Notes: a model not told the origin generated them from the letters alone. A DNA stretch of 62,075 bases from Minisyncoccota bacterium (GCA_021734445.1 JAIPIY010000003.1:1-62075); one strand, 5' to 3'. Positions 8,393 through 18,425 are shown, counted from the first letter of the stretch. Program-made: numbers and translations.

Positions 8393-10354
8393 ATGTTTAT
8401 TATTGACGTAATCCCCCTTTCGCGAGGTATCCAAAAGGAAATTCTTTCCTATATTTCAGCATATCCTGTTTCTGTTGGTGATTGTGTTCGTATTCCTGTT
8501 CGATCTCGGGATATTATTGGATTTGTTGTAACAGTGCGTACCTCGGTAGAAATGAAGGGTTTTGTAAAATCTCTTCCCTATCCACTGAAACATATTTATC
8601 GTGTAATACCGACCTCGTTATTTACTCAACCTTTTTTGGAAATGTTGGAAGATATGAAATCGTATTATGCAGTATCAGGGGGTGTAATTTTTTCTCATAT
8701 GATACCCGTGCATATTCAACATCTAGTAGAAATGATGGCAGAACAAAATATCATACAAGAAAAAACAGAGAGAGAATTTCCAAAAATTCTTGGAGACCGT
8801 TCTATTCTCATGCATACGTTCGAAGATCGATTATCCTATTACAAAACAATTACTCGAACCCTGTTTGCGCAAAAAAAATCCCTGGTTATCGTTGTTGCAT
8901 CATGGATGCATGCAGAAAAAATACAACAAACATTAGACAAAGGAATTCATGATCGTGTATATACATTTCACAGTTCGCTGACAAAGAAACAATTTTTAAA
9001 ACAAGCTATTGATTTGTTGGAAGATCAAAATCCATCATTGTGTATTATGACACCCGGATATTTATCTTTGGTCCCCGATTCTGCCAGCACTATTATTATT
9101 GAACAAGAAGGTTCACCCTGGTACCGTACGCACGCGGAACCCAACCTGGATATGCGTATTGCGATTGAATTTTTTGCATTACGAAACGGTATGGATATTA
9201 TTTTTGCTGATCATATTATTCGTCCTGAAACATATTCCCTATTTGATCAACCGGCAGTGCATGTGCCATTACCACCAACAGTAAAATTGTGGCATGGGAA
9301 AAATACGATTACCGTGATTGATTTAAAACAAGCAAAAGAATTACCTGACCAAAAAGTATCAGCTCATGGTATTTCCCATACTGTTCGAGAAATGATTCAT
9401 ACTGCGGTAGAAAATAAAACTTCGTTACTGTTATTGGTTTCCAGACGTGGTTTGGCCAGTATGGTTTCCTGTTCTGATTGTATGACGCCGGTAGTTTGTC
9501 CATTGTGTGAGCGCCCCGCATCATTGTATCGTAATGGAAAACAGAATACTGCCGAAAACAAAAGAAAAGATGCATTATTTGTGTGTTATCGGTGTAAACA
9601 TCAATTCGCGACGCAGGATACTTGTGGTCACTGTAGCAGTTGGCGATTACGACTATTAGGTGATACGCCAAATCGTATTGCTGAATATATAGAGAAAACA
9701 TTCCCTGGATTTACACCTCATATTTTAGAAGGTGCCCAGGGAAAAACAAAAAAAGATTTACAAAATATCTATACTAATTTCAAAGAACAAGGTGGAATAC
9801 TCATTGCCACAGAAATGGTATTTTCTTTTTTGGATGGCCCGATTACAGAATCTTGTATTATATCGGTTGATTCTTTTATTGGATTACCTGATATTACGGC
9901 ATACGATAAAATGATTCGTTTCGTAGCTGAATTGGCTGTTTGGACAGAAGAAAGATTGGTATTGCAAACAACCTATCCTGAACATGTGCTGATGCAGACA
10001 TTACAAAAAAATACCCTTTCTGAAACATATGCTTTGTTACTAAAAGAAAGAAAAACATACAGTGCGATGCCATACCTAATGACATTGCGGATTACATTAC
10101 CCGTTTCACCAAAAAATATTGATAGTGTAAAGGATTCAGTGGAAACATATCTGAGTGCATTAGATCCTGATATTATTTATACCCGAAAAAAACAGCAATC
10201 GTATCTGATTGTGTTGGTGCGAATAGAACCTACCGATTGGACACACATACAGCATGGTACTGTAATTCGAAAACAGCATCCTGTTTTGAATTTTCTCAAA
10301 GTCGCTCCTATGGGGACTTTCGTTACGGTAAATCCGTCTATGTTGGTGTCATAG
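8393..10354 (+). CDS. priA: primosomal protein N' (PriA) homologue lacking ATPase motifs
   Basis: PriA-like N-terminus (MFIIDVIPLSRG...VGDCVRIPVRSRDIIGFVV) and a Cys-rich zinc cluster (CSDCMTPVVCPLCERP...CYRCKHQ...CGHCSS). ATG at 8393 is preferred over the upstream TTG at 8339. Confidence 0.7.
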   Translation: MFIIDVIPLSRGIQKEILSYISAYPVSVGDCVRIPVRSRDIIGFVVTVRTSVEMKGFVKSLPYPLKHIYRVIPTSLFTQPFLEMLEDMKSYYAVSGGVIFSHMIPVHIQHLVEMMAEQNIIQEKTEREFPKILGDRSILMHTFEDRLSYYKTITRTLFAQKKSLVIVVASWMHAEKIQQTLDKGIHDRVYTFHSSLTKKQFLKQAIDLLEDQNPSLCIMTPGYLSLVPDSASTIIIEQEGSPWYRTHAEPNLDMRIAIEFFALRNGMDIIFADHIIRPETYSLFDQPAVHVPLPPTVKLWHGKNTITVIDLKQAKELPDQKVSAHGISHTVREMIHTAVENKTSLLLLVSRRGLASMVSCSDCMTPVVCPLCERPASLYRNGKQNTAENKRKDALFVCYRCKHQFATQDTCGHCSSWRLRLLGDTPNRIAEYIEKTFPGFTPHILEGAQGKTKKDLQNIYTNFKEQGGILIATEMVFSFLDGPITESCIISVDSFIGLPDITAYDKMIRFVAELAVWTEERLVLQTTYPEHVLMQTLQKNTLSETYALLLKERKTYSAMPYLMTLRITLPVSPKNIDSVKDSVETYLSALDPDIIYTRKKQQSYLIVLVRIEPTDWTHIQHGTVIRKQHPVLNFLKVAPMGTFVTVNPSMLVS

Positions 10355-10358
10355 GTGC

Positions 10359-10387
10359 TTGACAATAGTATGTCATTATGCTATATT
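10359..10387 (+). promoter_or_regulatory. consensus sigma70-type promoter (TTGACA-17-TATATT)
   Basis: TTGACA at 10359-10364, 17 nt spacer, TATATT at 10382-10387. Homologous to the promoter at 61940-61968, including the upstream AGGTGC. Confidence 0.7.
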
Positions 10388-10453
10388 ACACTTAGAATAA
10401 GTCTCACCCAATCACTAACCGGGCGAGAAATCGCCCTTTAAAATCAACACATA

Positions 10454-11074
10454 ATGAAAACATTTGTGCTTTGTATTGGAAACATGCCACAGGTTCAAGC
10501 CCTTTTGGACCCTATAATCAATGGAGAGGCAAGCTTTGCCGAAAGTGATTTCTTTGACCCTAATCACCCACACACGGACAAATGGTTGGGAAAAGAAAAC
10601 AGAATTGCCAGTAGGGTTGAGAATCATTGGATGTTTGAACAGCACCAGCAAACTGGCGTGCGGCATCATTCAGATAAGCCTGAAACAGCATCTTTGTTTC
10701 GTTTGCATTGTCATGCGATTTCATCTGAAATTTTGCATGCCGGTGACATTCTACATTTCATCGACAGTAAAATTGTTGTGATCGAACGGAATTATCTGAT
10801 GGCAAATACCAAAGGAAAATTCCTGAAAATCACGATGGTTAGGAAATTTGAAGAGTTGACCAAAGAAGAAACCACAGAAGCTGCATGGCTTGAGATAGAG
10901 ATGGACACCATGCAAGTGGCACATTCTCTTTGGAATCAGCAAAAAGCAGATGAGGAAGAACAAAAGGAAAGAGAAGCAGAAAATATTTCCTCTTTTCTTG
11001 TACATCAATCCTCCTCTTGGGCGACAGAGAAATTTAACGAACTGTTTTACTCTGAGGCAGAAAATTGGGAATAA
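10454..11074 (+). CDS. hypothetical protein (orphan)
   Basis: 206 aa ORF behind a consensus promoter and a roughly 60 nt leader; acidic C-terminus; no recognisable domain. Confidence 0.5.
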   Translation: MKTFVLCIGNMPQVQALLDPIINGEASFAESDFFDPNHPHTDKWLGKENRIASRVENHWMFEQHQQTGVRHHSDKPETASLFRLHCHAISSEILHAGDILHFIDSKIVVIERNYLMANTKGKFLKITMVRKFEELTKEETTEAAWLEIEMDTMQVAHSLWNQQKADEEEQKEREAENISSFLVHQSSSWATEKFNELFYSEAENWE

Positions 11075-11175
11075 TGATTATGATCATACGACCCCCATCA
11101 CGCAGTTTGCGTGGTGGGGATTTTTTTATAAAACCCTTGTATTTTTATAAACATATGTTATACTTGACCTCATCT

Positions 11176-11400
11176 ATGGCAACAAACGCAAAAATAGAAA
11201 AAACAAATAACGAAAGTTCTGCTTATTTACTACGAAAATTTGTTCGTAAGGTTCAAGGTACTGGATTGACTCAAATTATGCGTGCAAAACGATATTTTGA
11301 CCGACCAAAATCATCTTTACGAATGAAACGAAGTGCTATGCACCGTCTAGAACAAGGTAAGAAATACGACGAACTTCGTAAGTTAGGTAAAATTAATTAA
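11176..11400 (+). CDS. rpsU: 30S ribosomal protein S21
   Basis: MATNAKIEKTNNESSAYLLRKFVRKVQGTGLTQIMRAKRYFDRPKSSLRMKRSA resembles S21. The ORF-track start at 11065 is an implausible extension. Confidence 0.8.
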   Translation: MATNAKIEKTNNESSAYLLRKFVRKVQGTGLTQIMRAKRYFDRPKSSLRMKRSAMHRLEQGKKYDELRKLGKIN

Positions 11401-11408
11401 TATCAGGT

Positions 11409-11831
11409 ATGCGTGTTTGGACAATTAATCCTACATTGTCAATTACACGACAGACAAACGGCGAGCTTCCCAGCTTGCCGTTTTCTGATATCAAAAAAAA
11501 GATTTTGGGATCCAAATATAATTTGCATATTTTGTTAGCAAATATTGAAACATCTTCACAATTACACAAACAATGGAAAGGCAAAGATGGTCCCGCTGAC
11601 ACATTGGCATTTCCCTTATCTGATTCGTCTGGCGAGATTGTTTTATCGTTATCCACTATTCGTAAACAAGCAAAAAATTATAATATGAGTTATAATGAAT
11701 TTCTAGTATACATCACGATACATGGTATGTTTCATTTGCGGGGTTTTGATCATGGTCCCGAAATGGAAAAAGAAGAAGCACGGATTATGCGTACATTCAA
11801 TATGCCCAATCCCCCACGTCATGAAATATGA
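11409..11831 (+). CDS. ybeY: rRNA maturation endoribonuclease YbeY
   Basis: HGMFHLRGFDH matches the YbeY HxxxHxxGxxH zinc motif; 140 aa. Confidence 0.85.
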   Translation: MRVWTINPTLSITRQTNGELPSLPFSDIKKKILGSKYNLHILLANIETSSQLHKQWKGKDGPADTLAFPLSDSSGEIVLSLSTIRKQAKNYNMSYNEFLVYITIHGMFHLRGFDHGPEMEKEEARIMRTFNMPNPPRHEI

Positions 11832-13003
11832 AAAAAGAAAATCCTATTATTACAACTCTCGATATCGGAACAACACATTTGCGGATGTTATCTGCACATG
11901 TTTCCCACAAAGAAAACGACATTAAAATCGTTGCTCATGCCGAAGTTCCAACAGAAGGAATTCGTCGAGGATATGTATATGACAGCGCCGAAGTAACTGC
12001 ATCTCTGCGAAACGGTTTACGTGAGATAAAAAAAATAGCCGGATTTGCACCACAGCAATTATATGTAGGTGTTGGTGGTGCCAGTTTGGTGTCGCATACG
12101 GTTTCTGCATCTTTAGTTATCTCAAAAGCTGATGGCGAAGTAACTACCTATGATATCGAAAAATTAGAAATGATGTGCGAACAAGAATTTCTTCGTCAGC
12201 ACCGTAATAGAAAGGTTCTTCATACGGTTCCTATTGAATACCGATTAAATCAAGAAATAATTCATGGTAAACCCATTGGTTTGGTTGGTTCAAAACTAGA
12301 GGTAAAGACTCTGGTAGTCAGTATTTTAAAGCAAGACGTGGATGATTTATTAGAAAGTATCAGCAATGCCGATATTGAGATTCTTGATATCGTTGCGACT
12401 CCATTTGCTGTTGCCGAATCCGCACTGGGGAAAAAAGATAAGATGTCTGGATGTGCATTGGTGCATATCGGTGCTGAAACAACATCATTGGTGGTGTATG
12501 AAAACGGTGTACCTATTTCATTAGAGGTTTTCCCTTTGGGATCACATGATATCACGAATGATATTGCATTAGGATTTTTAGTATCACAACAAGAAGCAGA
12601 ATTAATAAAACATGGAACATCTAGCCAGTCTGTGCCAAAGAAAAAACTAGAAGACATAGTGCATGCACGATTGTCTGATATTTTTGATTTGGTGGATGCG
12701 CATTTGAAAAGAATTCACAAAAGCGGTTTACTACCAGGCGGTGTTACATTAACTGGAGGCGGGGCACATTTAGAAGGTATTGATGATTTTGCAAAAACAG
12801 CATTGCGATTACCTGCACGCGTGGGACTGCCTGACAAAACATTTTCTGCAAAATTAAAAACAAAAGATGCCACATGGCATGGAGTCTATGGATTATGTAT
12901 GTTGTCGGTTTTCTATGAACCCGAAGACACCAACGAACTATTTGCCTTTTTCAAGAATACTTCTTCAAAATTCGGTTCTTTTTTTAGACAATTTTTGCCA
13001 TAG
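11828..13003 (+). CDS. ftsA: cell division protein FtsA
   Basis: Actin-fold division protein (ITTLDIGTTHLRML..., VHIGAETTSLVVYENG, GGVTLTGGGAHLEGI). The ATGA overlaps the ybeY stop. It lies directly upstream of ftsZ. Confidence 0.85.
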   Translation: MKKENPIITTLDIGTTHLRMLSAHVSHKENDIKIVAHAEVPTEGIRRGYVYDSAEVTASLRNGLREIKKIAGFAPQQLYVGVGGASLVSHTVSASLVISKADGEVTTYDIEKLEMMCEQEFLRQHRNRKVLHTVPIEYRLNQEIIHGKPIGLVGSKLEVKTLVVSILKQDVDDLLESISNADIEILDIVATPFAVAESALGKKDKMSGCALVHIGAETTSLVVYENGVPISLEVFPLGSHDITNDIALGFLVSQQEAELIKHGTSSQSVPKKKLEDIVHARLSDIFDLVDAHLKRIHKSGLLPGGVTLTGGGAHLEGIDDFAKTALRLPARVGLPDKTFSAKLKTKDATWHGVYGLCMLSVFYEPEDTNELFAFFKNTSSKFGSFFRQFLP

Positions 13004-13119
13004 CTCAGTATTTGGACTTTCTCGTTCTTTTTTGATAGTATGGGTATATATACTCTACATACAACAGGTATATTATTATTCATCTTTTGTTAACTTTATA
13101 TTAATTTAGTAAAACGCAT

Positions 13120-14361
13120 ATGCCCAAAATAAATCCAGACGTAGAAACATTCGCACGCATCAAGGTTATTGGTGTTGGTGGTTCAGGAAAAAATGCATTG
13201 AATCACATGATCAATTCCAAAGTAAAAGGTATTGAATTCATCTGTATGAATACTGATACTCAAGATTTGCATAATTCTCTTGCAAGTAAAAAAATCCATC
13301 TTGGTAAAAATCTTACCAAGGGTTTGGGTTCTGGTATGAATCCTGAAACTGGTCGCAAATCAGCAGAAGAAACAAAAGCAGAAATTCAAGAAGTTTTGAA
13401 AGGTTCTGAAATGGTCTTCATCGCTGGTGGAATGGGAGGAGGAACCGGAACTGGTGCTGCACCTGTTGTTGCTCGTGCTGCAAAAGAACAAGGAATTTTG
13501 ACTGTTGCAGTAGTTACTCGACCTTTTCTTTTTGAAGGTCAACAACGATCTCGTATCGCAGACCAAGGTTTGGCTGAACTAGAAAAAGAAGTAGATGCAT
13601 TAATTGTTATACCAAATGACAGATTGCTTTCTATTACAGAAAAAGATACTACATTCAAAGATGCTTTTGGAATGTGCGATGAAATTTTACGTCAGGCAGT
13701 AGAAGGTATTTCTGACCTTATTACTACTCCAGGTATTATCAATATCGATTTCGCGGATATCAAGGCTGTCATGTCTAATGCAGGTTCTGCATTTATGGGT
13801 ATTGGTATTGCGGGGGGAGAAAACCGTGCAAAAGAAGCTACTTTAAAGGCTATTAATTCCCCACTATTGGATATTTCAATTGAAGGTGCTCGTGGTGTAT
13901 TATTCTCGATTGCAGGAAGTGACGATTTAAAAATGCATGAAGTTCAAGAAGCTGCAAAGTTGATTACTGATTCTATTGATCCAGAAGCAAAAGTTATCAT
14001 GGGAACTATTAATGATAATCGATTGAAAAAAGGAGAAATGAAAGTAACTGTTATTGCAACAGGTTTCAACGGTTCTCAACAAAAAAAAGGTACGACCTTT
14101 ACACAACAACGCATTGAACGTGATCTGAATCCGGAAAAAACTGATACCGGATCAAATTCTGTAGTTCAAAATCGTATTGATATTCAATCAAATGGATCAC
14201 CAAAAACTTCACCTATCGTTTCTCAACCTCAGAATCAAGCTTCTTCATCTACAAGTCAAAAAGATTCAATCACTATTGAAGCTCAAGCAAAACATGTAAC
14301 CGAAGATGATGATGAAAAATGGGGTGCCTTGCCAGCATTTATTCGACGAGCTAAAAAATAG
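13120..14361 (+). CDS. ftsZ: cell division GTPase FtsZ
   Basis: IKVIGVGGSGKNALNHM, the tubulin signature GGMGGGTGTGAAPVVA, and a disordered C-terminal tail. Confidence 0.95.
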   Translation: MPKINPDVETFARIKVIGVGGSGKNALNHMINSKVKGIEFICMNTDTQDLHNSLASKKIHLGKNLTKGLGSGMNPETGRKSAEETKAEIQEVLKGSEMVFIAGGMGGGTGTGAAPVVARAAKEQGILTVAVVTRPFLFEGQQRSRIADQGLAELEKEVDALIVIPNDRLLSITEKDTTFKDAFGMCDEILRQAVEGISDLITTPGIINIDFADIKAVMSNAGSAFMGIGIAGGENRAKEATLKAINSPLLDISIEGARGVLFSIAGSDDLKMHEVQEAAKLITDSIDPEAKVIMGTINDNRLKKGEMKVTVIATGFNGSQQKKGTTFTQQRIERDLNPEKTDTGSNSVVQNRIDIQSNGSPKTSPIVSQPQNQASSSTSQKDSITIEAQAKHVTEDDDEKWGALPAFIRRAKK

Positions 14362-14364
14362 TAT

Positions 14365-15288
14365 ATGTTTGATGTCGTTATTATCGGTGGTGGACCTGCG
14401 GGTTCTGCTGCTGCAGTATATTCTGCACGAAAACAATTAAAGACATGCATCGTCGCCAAAGAATTTGGTGGTCAATCTTCTGTATCTGAAGAAATTTATA
14501 ACTGGATTGGAACACCTCGAATATCAGGAACAGGTCTTGCTGAAAGTTTTAAAAACCACGTCAAAGAATACGAAGGTGACTTGTTAACTATACACGAAGG
14601 TGTGTATGTACAAAACATAGAAAAAAAAGAAGATATATTTGCCACTACGTTGTCAGATGGTTCTTTATTAGAATCAAAAACCGTTCTTGTTGCAACTGGT
14701 AGTAGTCGACGTAAATTAACCATTCCTGGTGCTGATACCTTTGAAAACAAAGGCGTAGTGTATTGTGCCAGCTGTGATGGGCCGTTATTTTCTGGACAAG
14801 AGGTTGTCGTAATGGGTGGTGGAAATGCTGGTTTTGAAACTGCAGCACAATTATTAGCATACTGTTCAAAGGTTACTCTGGTGCATAAACACGCGGAATT
14901 CAAAGCTGATCCTATTACCGTAAAAAAGGTTTTAGAACATCCTAATATGCATGTTATCACTCATGCAGAAGCAAAAGAAGTTCACGGGGAAAAATTTGTA
15001 ACGGGTATTACTATACACAATAAGGATACTGGTGAAGATATCATGGTTCCCGCTGGTGGAATATTCGTCGAAATAGGACAGGTTCCAGCTACATCGTTTG
15101 CAAAAAATGTTACAGAGCAGGATGAATACGGACGTATTTTAATTGATCCATGGACACAAAGAACCAATACGCTGGGTGTTTGGTCTGCTGGTGATTGTAC
15201 AAATGTTCGCTATCATCAAAACAATATATCCGCAGGTGATGCGGTAAAAGCAATCGAAGATTTATATCTTTATGTAAAGACTCGGTAA
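14365..15288 (+). CDS. trxB: thioredoxin-disulfide reductase
   Basis: FDVVIIGGGPAGSAAA FAD motif, redox CASCDG, and a second dinucleotide motif VVVMGGGNAGFE. Confidence 0.85.
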   Translation: MFDVVIIGGGPAGSAAAVYSARKQLKTCIVAKEFGGQSSVSEEIYNWIGTPRISGTGLAESFKNHVKEYEGDLLTIHEGVYVQNIEKKEDIFATTLSDGSLLESKTVLVATGSSRRKLTIPGADTFENKGVVYCASCDGPLFSGQEVVVMGGGNAGFETAAQLLAYCSKVTLVHKHAEFKADPITVKKVLEHPNMHVITHAEAKEVHGEKFVTGITIHNKDTGEDIMVPAGGIFVEIGQVPATSFAKNVTEQDEYGRILIDPWTQRTNTLGVWSAGDCTNVRYHQNNISAGDAVKAIEDLYLYVKTR

Positions 15289-15293
15289 ACTAA

Positions 15294-15923
15294 ATGATAG
15301 CTCGGAACACAAAAATAATTTTTCTTTCCATTTTATTTTTTGCGGTAGCAGTTTTTGGTTTTCTTTCTTATTTTAATCGTGCACCAGAAAGAATAATCCC
15401 AACAGGAAATAGTGTTGTCTCCCCTGCTACAGGAGATGTTATTCATATCGAAACCGCAGATTCAAATGAGGTTTCTTTCCTAAAAAAAGGTATTCAAAAC
15501 ACTTTTGCATTGCAGGGTATAGAACCACCATATACCATTGTTGTTATTGAAATGGATCCAATGGATGTGCATGTGCAACGTGCCTCAATCGAGGGTAAAA
15601 TTGTTTACCAAGAACACATTGCTGGTAAGTATAAGAATGCCCTTTGGTCAAAAGATGTTCACGCTCTTGCCAATGAAAATGAAAAAAATCTTCTTGTAAT
15701 AGAAAATGATCAACTTTCTGTTGGTGTAATACAGGTTGCTGGAATTATGGCGAGAAGAATCATAAGCTATGTTTCCCCTGCTGACCCTATAGAAAAAGGA
15801 GAATTATATGGAAGAATTAAATTAGGATCCCAAGTTGTTTTAATTTTACCAGAAAGTCTTAATTTAGAAATATCCGTTGGGCAATCTCTTGTTGATGGAG
15901 AAACAGTGGTTGCTTTTTATTAA
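15294..15923 (+). CDS. psd: phosphatidylserine decarboxylase-family protein
   Basis: N-terminal TM anchor and C-terminal GRIKLGSQVVLILP resembling the Psd self-cleavage G-S site region. Confidence 0.5.
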   Translation: MIARNTKIIFLSILFFAVAVFGFLSYFNRAPERIIPTGNSVVSPATGDVIHIETADSNEVSFLKKGIQNTFALQGIEPPYTIVVIEMDPMDVHVQRASIEGKIVYQEHIAGKYKNALWSKDVHALANENEKNLLVIENDQLSVGVIQVAGIMARRIISYVSPADPIEKGELYGRIKLGSQVVLILPESLNLEISVGQSLVDGETVVAFY

Positions 15924-15940
15924 TATACAAAATTCAAATT

Positions 15941-17677
15941 TTAAGTATATTTTTCCAAGAAATCTGTAACCGTAATCCCCTCTATTTTTTTATCATTTCG
16001 CCCTTCGATAGTTATTGATTGTGACTCCGTTTCTTTATCACCAATAATACAGATATATGGGATTTTTTCTTTTTTAGCTGATCGAATACGTTTACCCAAG
16101 CTTTCTGATGCATCCATATATTCAACTCGAATCCCCTTTGTTTTAAATTCCTCAAATACTTTACCAGCATATTCACCATGAGCATCATCGTTTACAGGCA
16201 TCACTGATACCTGTACAGGAGATAGCCAAAATGGGAATGCTCCGGCAAAATGTTCTATAGCAACAGCCATAAATCGTTCCAATGACCCGGCAACGGCACG
16301 GTGAATCATTACAGGAGTTTGTTTTGCTCCTTTGTTATCAATATATTCCAATTCGAATCGTTTTGGCATATTAAAATCCAACTGGGCGGTACCTAGTTGC
16401 CATTCACGACCAATTGCATCTTTGAATTGAAAATCTAATTTAGGCCCATAAAAAGCCGCTTCACCTTCGACACGTCTGTACGGTAGATTTTCTTCTTTTG
16501 CTACTTCTTCCAGATATTGTTCTGCCATATCCCATACAGATGAATCTCCCAGATATTTGTCAGCTTTTTCAGGACTGCGTACGGACAATGACACCCAATA
16601 ATTACCCTCAACCAACATATCCAAAGATGTATAAAATTGCTTGATAACAGAAACAATATTTTTTACTTCTTGTTTGATTTGATCAGGGGTACAAAATACG
16701 TGACCATCATCTTGGGTAATACTGCGAACACGAGACAATCCCAACAATTCTCCTGCTTGTTCATCACGATATACTGTTGTTGATTCCATATAGCGAACTG
16801 GCAATTCACGATAACTACGAGGTTTTGATGCAAATATTTGCGTATGATGTGGACAGTTCATCGGCTTCATACAAAATTCAACATCACTGTTTCCACGAAC
16901 TTTGAACAAATCATCTCCATACTTATCCCAATGTCCTGATGTAACGTATAAATCTTTTTTAGTAATATGAGGAATGCAGACTTTTTGATATCCTAAATCT
17001 TTTTGAATTTTTTGAATTTTTTCTACCACTAAATCTCGGATCAGCGTACCTTTTGGTGTAAACAATGGTAATCCAGGGCCAACCAAATCAGAAAAAGTAA
17101 ATAAATCCAATTCTTTGCCTAATTTGCGATGATCTCGTTTTTTTGCTTCTTCTATTAATAGATCATAATCGGTCAATTCCTGTGCATCATGGAATGCAAT
17201 ACCATAGATTCGTGTCAGCATGGTGTTTTTTTCGTCTCCTCGCCAATATGCACCTGCAACACGATCTAATCGCCATCCGTCCATATCGATGTTCTTCATC
17301 GATTCTACATGTCCACCTCGACACAAATCAGTAAAATCTCCGGATGTGTATACGGTAATGTCTTCGCCTCGGGCTACGATTTCATCAATCAATTCCAGTT
17401 TGTACTCATTGCCAGCAAATAGTGCACGAGCTTCGTCAGGAGATTTTTTTTTACCTTCAAATCCATCCCAGGTTTTTGCGATCTTCTTCATGTTTTTTTG
17501 AATCCGAGAAAGATCGGTTTCTGTAATTTTTTGTTCACCAGAATCAACATCGTAATAAAAACCATTATCAACTGCAGGTCCCAAGGTGATTTTTGTTCCG
17601 GGATAAAGTTCTAAAATAGACGCACCTAATACGTGTGCCAATGAGTGGCGAATATATTCAATAGGTTCTTTTTGCAT
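15941..17677 (-). CDS. thrS: threonine--tRNA ligase (no N-terminal TGS domain)
   Basis: Starts at the editing-domain motif (IRHSLAHVLGA). Class II core motifs are present (FCMKPMNCPHH, VYRDEQAGELLGLSRVR). ATG at 17677 is preferred; the 17728 start would run through the opposing promoter. Confidence 0.9.
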   Translation of the reverse strand: MQKEPIEYIRHSLAHVLGASILELYPGTKITLGPAVDNGFYYDVDSGEQKITETDLSRIQKNMKKIAKTWDGFEGKKKSPDEARALFAGNEYKLELIDEIVARGEDITVYTSGDFTDLCRGGHVESMKNIDMDGWRLDRVAGAYWRGDEKNTMLTRIYGIAFHDAQELTDYDLLIEEAKKRDHRKLGKELDLFTFSDLVGPGLPLFTPKGTLIRDLVVEKIQKIQKDLGYQKVCIPHITKKDLYVTSGHWDKYGDDLFKVRGNSDVEFCMKPMNCPHHTQIFASKPRSYRELPVRYMESTTVYRDEQAGELLGLSRVRSITQDDGHVFCTPDQIKQEVKNIVSVIKQFYTSLDMLVEGNYWVSLSVRSPEKADKYLGDSSVWDMAEQYLEEVAKEENLPYRRVEGEAAFYGPKLDFQFKDAIGREWQLGTAQLDFNMPKRFELEYIDNKGAKQTPVMIHRAVAGSLERFMAVAIEHFAGAFPFWLSPVQVSVMPVNDDAHGEYAGKVFEEFKTKGIRVEYMDASESLGKRIRSAKKEKIPYICIIGDKETESQSITIEGRNDKKIEGITVTDFLEKYT

Positions 17678-17717
17678 ATGTGGTTTAGTATAACATTTTT
17701 CAAGATTATAAAAACTA

Positions 17718-17746
17718 TTGACCCACATTTATTATCATGGTAATAT
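17718..17746 (+). promoter_or_regulatory. consensus sigma70-type promoter (TTGACC-17-TAATAT)
   Basis: TTGACC at 17718-17723, 17 nt spacer, TAATAT at 17741-17746, followed by ATACTTA as at the promoters at 10.36 kb and 61.94 kb. Confidence 0.6.
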
Positions 17747-17801
17747 ACTTAATGAAGAATGTTCTTCACATAAATAATCATTCACCTAAAACCTTTTGGA
17801 G

Positions 17802-18284
17802 ATGCACAAAAAAATGAAAGATGGATTGGCTGCCATGGAAAAGCCAGGCGGGTTAAAGGATTTCACGGTCAAAGAGCTGTGGATTCTAATGACACAATTG
17901 CAGGGTGCTGGAAAAGCAACCCCTGAATCAATGGATCGCATCAGCGAGAATATTTATCTCCGAATCAAGGATACCTTTGAAGAGGAAAGAGAAATCAAGC
18001 TTACTTTTCCCGAAATTCTGGGATTAATCGTTGATTACCCAGATCATCTACAAACAACAAGTACTTTGTCCAAAGAGATGGACAAACTCGAATGTTCTTT
18101 GTTTATGCTTGCTTTCGAGCTAGCTACAACAACAGAACAGTTCTTGGATCTCTTATTCGAAGCTACAGAAATGGGTCAGTCGACCACCTTCTGTGAACTT
18201 TGCAAAGACAAGGCATTGTCAGTGGCAGTCACTGCCAAGGACTACAGTATGTTGAAAAAGGCTGGACTTTCAGTTGAGGCCTGA
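17802..18284 (+). CDS. hypothetical protein (orphan)
   Basis: About 160 aa helical-looking ORF behind a consensus promoter; first ATG at 17802 (the track starts at TTG 17796); no recognisable domain. Confidence 0.5.
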   Translation: MHKKMKDGLAAMEKPGGLKDFTVKELWILMTQLQGAGKATPESMDRISENIYLRIKDTFEEEREIKLTFPEILGLIVDYPDHLQTTSTLSKEMDKLECSLFMLAFELATTTEQFLDLLFEATEMGQSTTFCELCKDKALSVAVTAKDYSMLKKAGLSVEA

Positions 18285-18383
18285 GGATTAAAGGGTGAAT
18301 GAGAGATGTGTATGAGCACGAATGATTGCCCTGGTAACACGGGATGATTGCATTCTATAGGCTTGTGCACATGCACCCACATG

Positions 18384-18425
18384 GGGGCCGGCAAGTTCAG
18401 TTTTTGAACTTCCGGCCCCTTTTTA
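18384..18425 (+). terminator. strong Rho-independent terminator
   Basis: GGGGCCGG..AAGTTCA-GTTTT-TGAACTT..CCGGCCCC followed by TTTTT. Confidence 0.75.
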
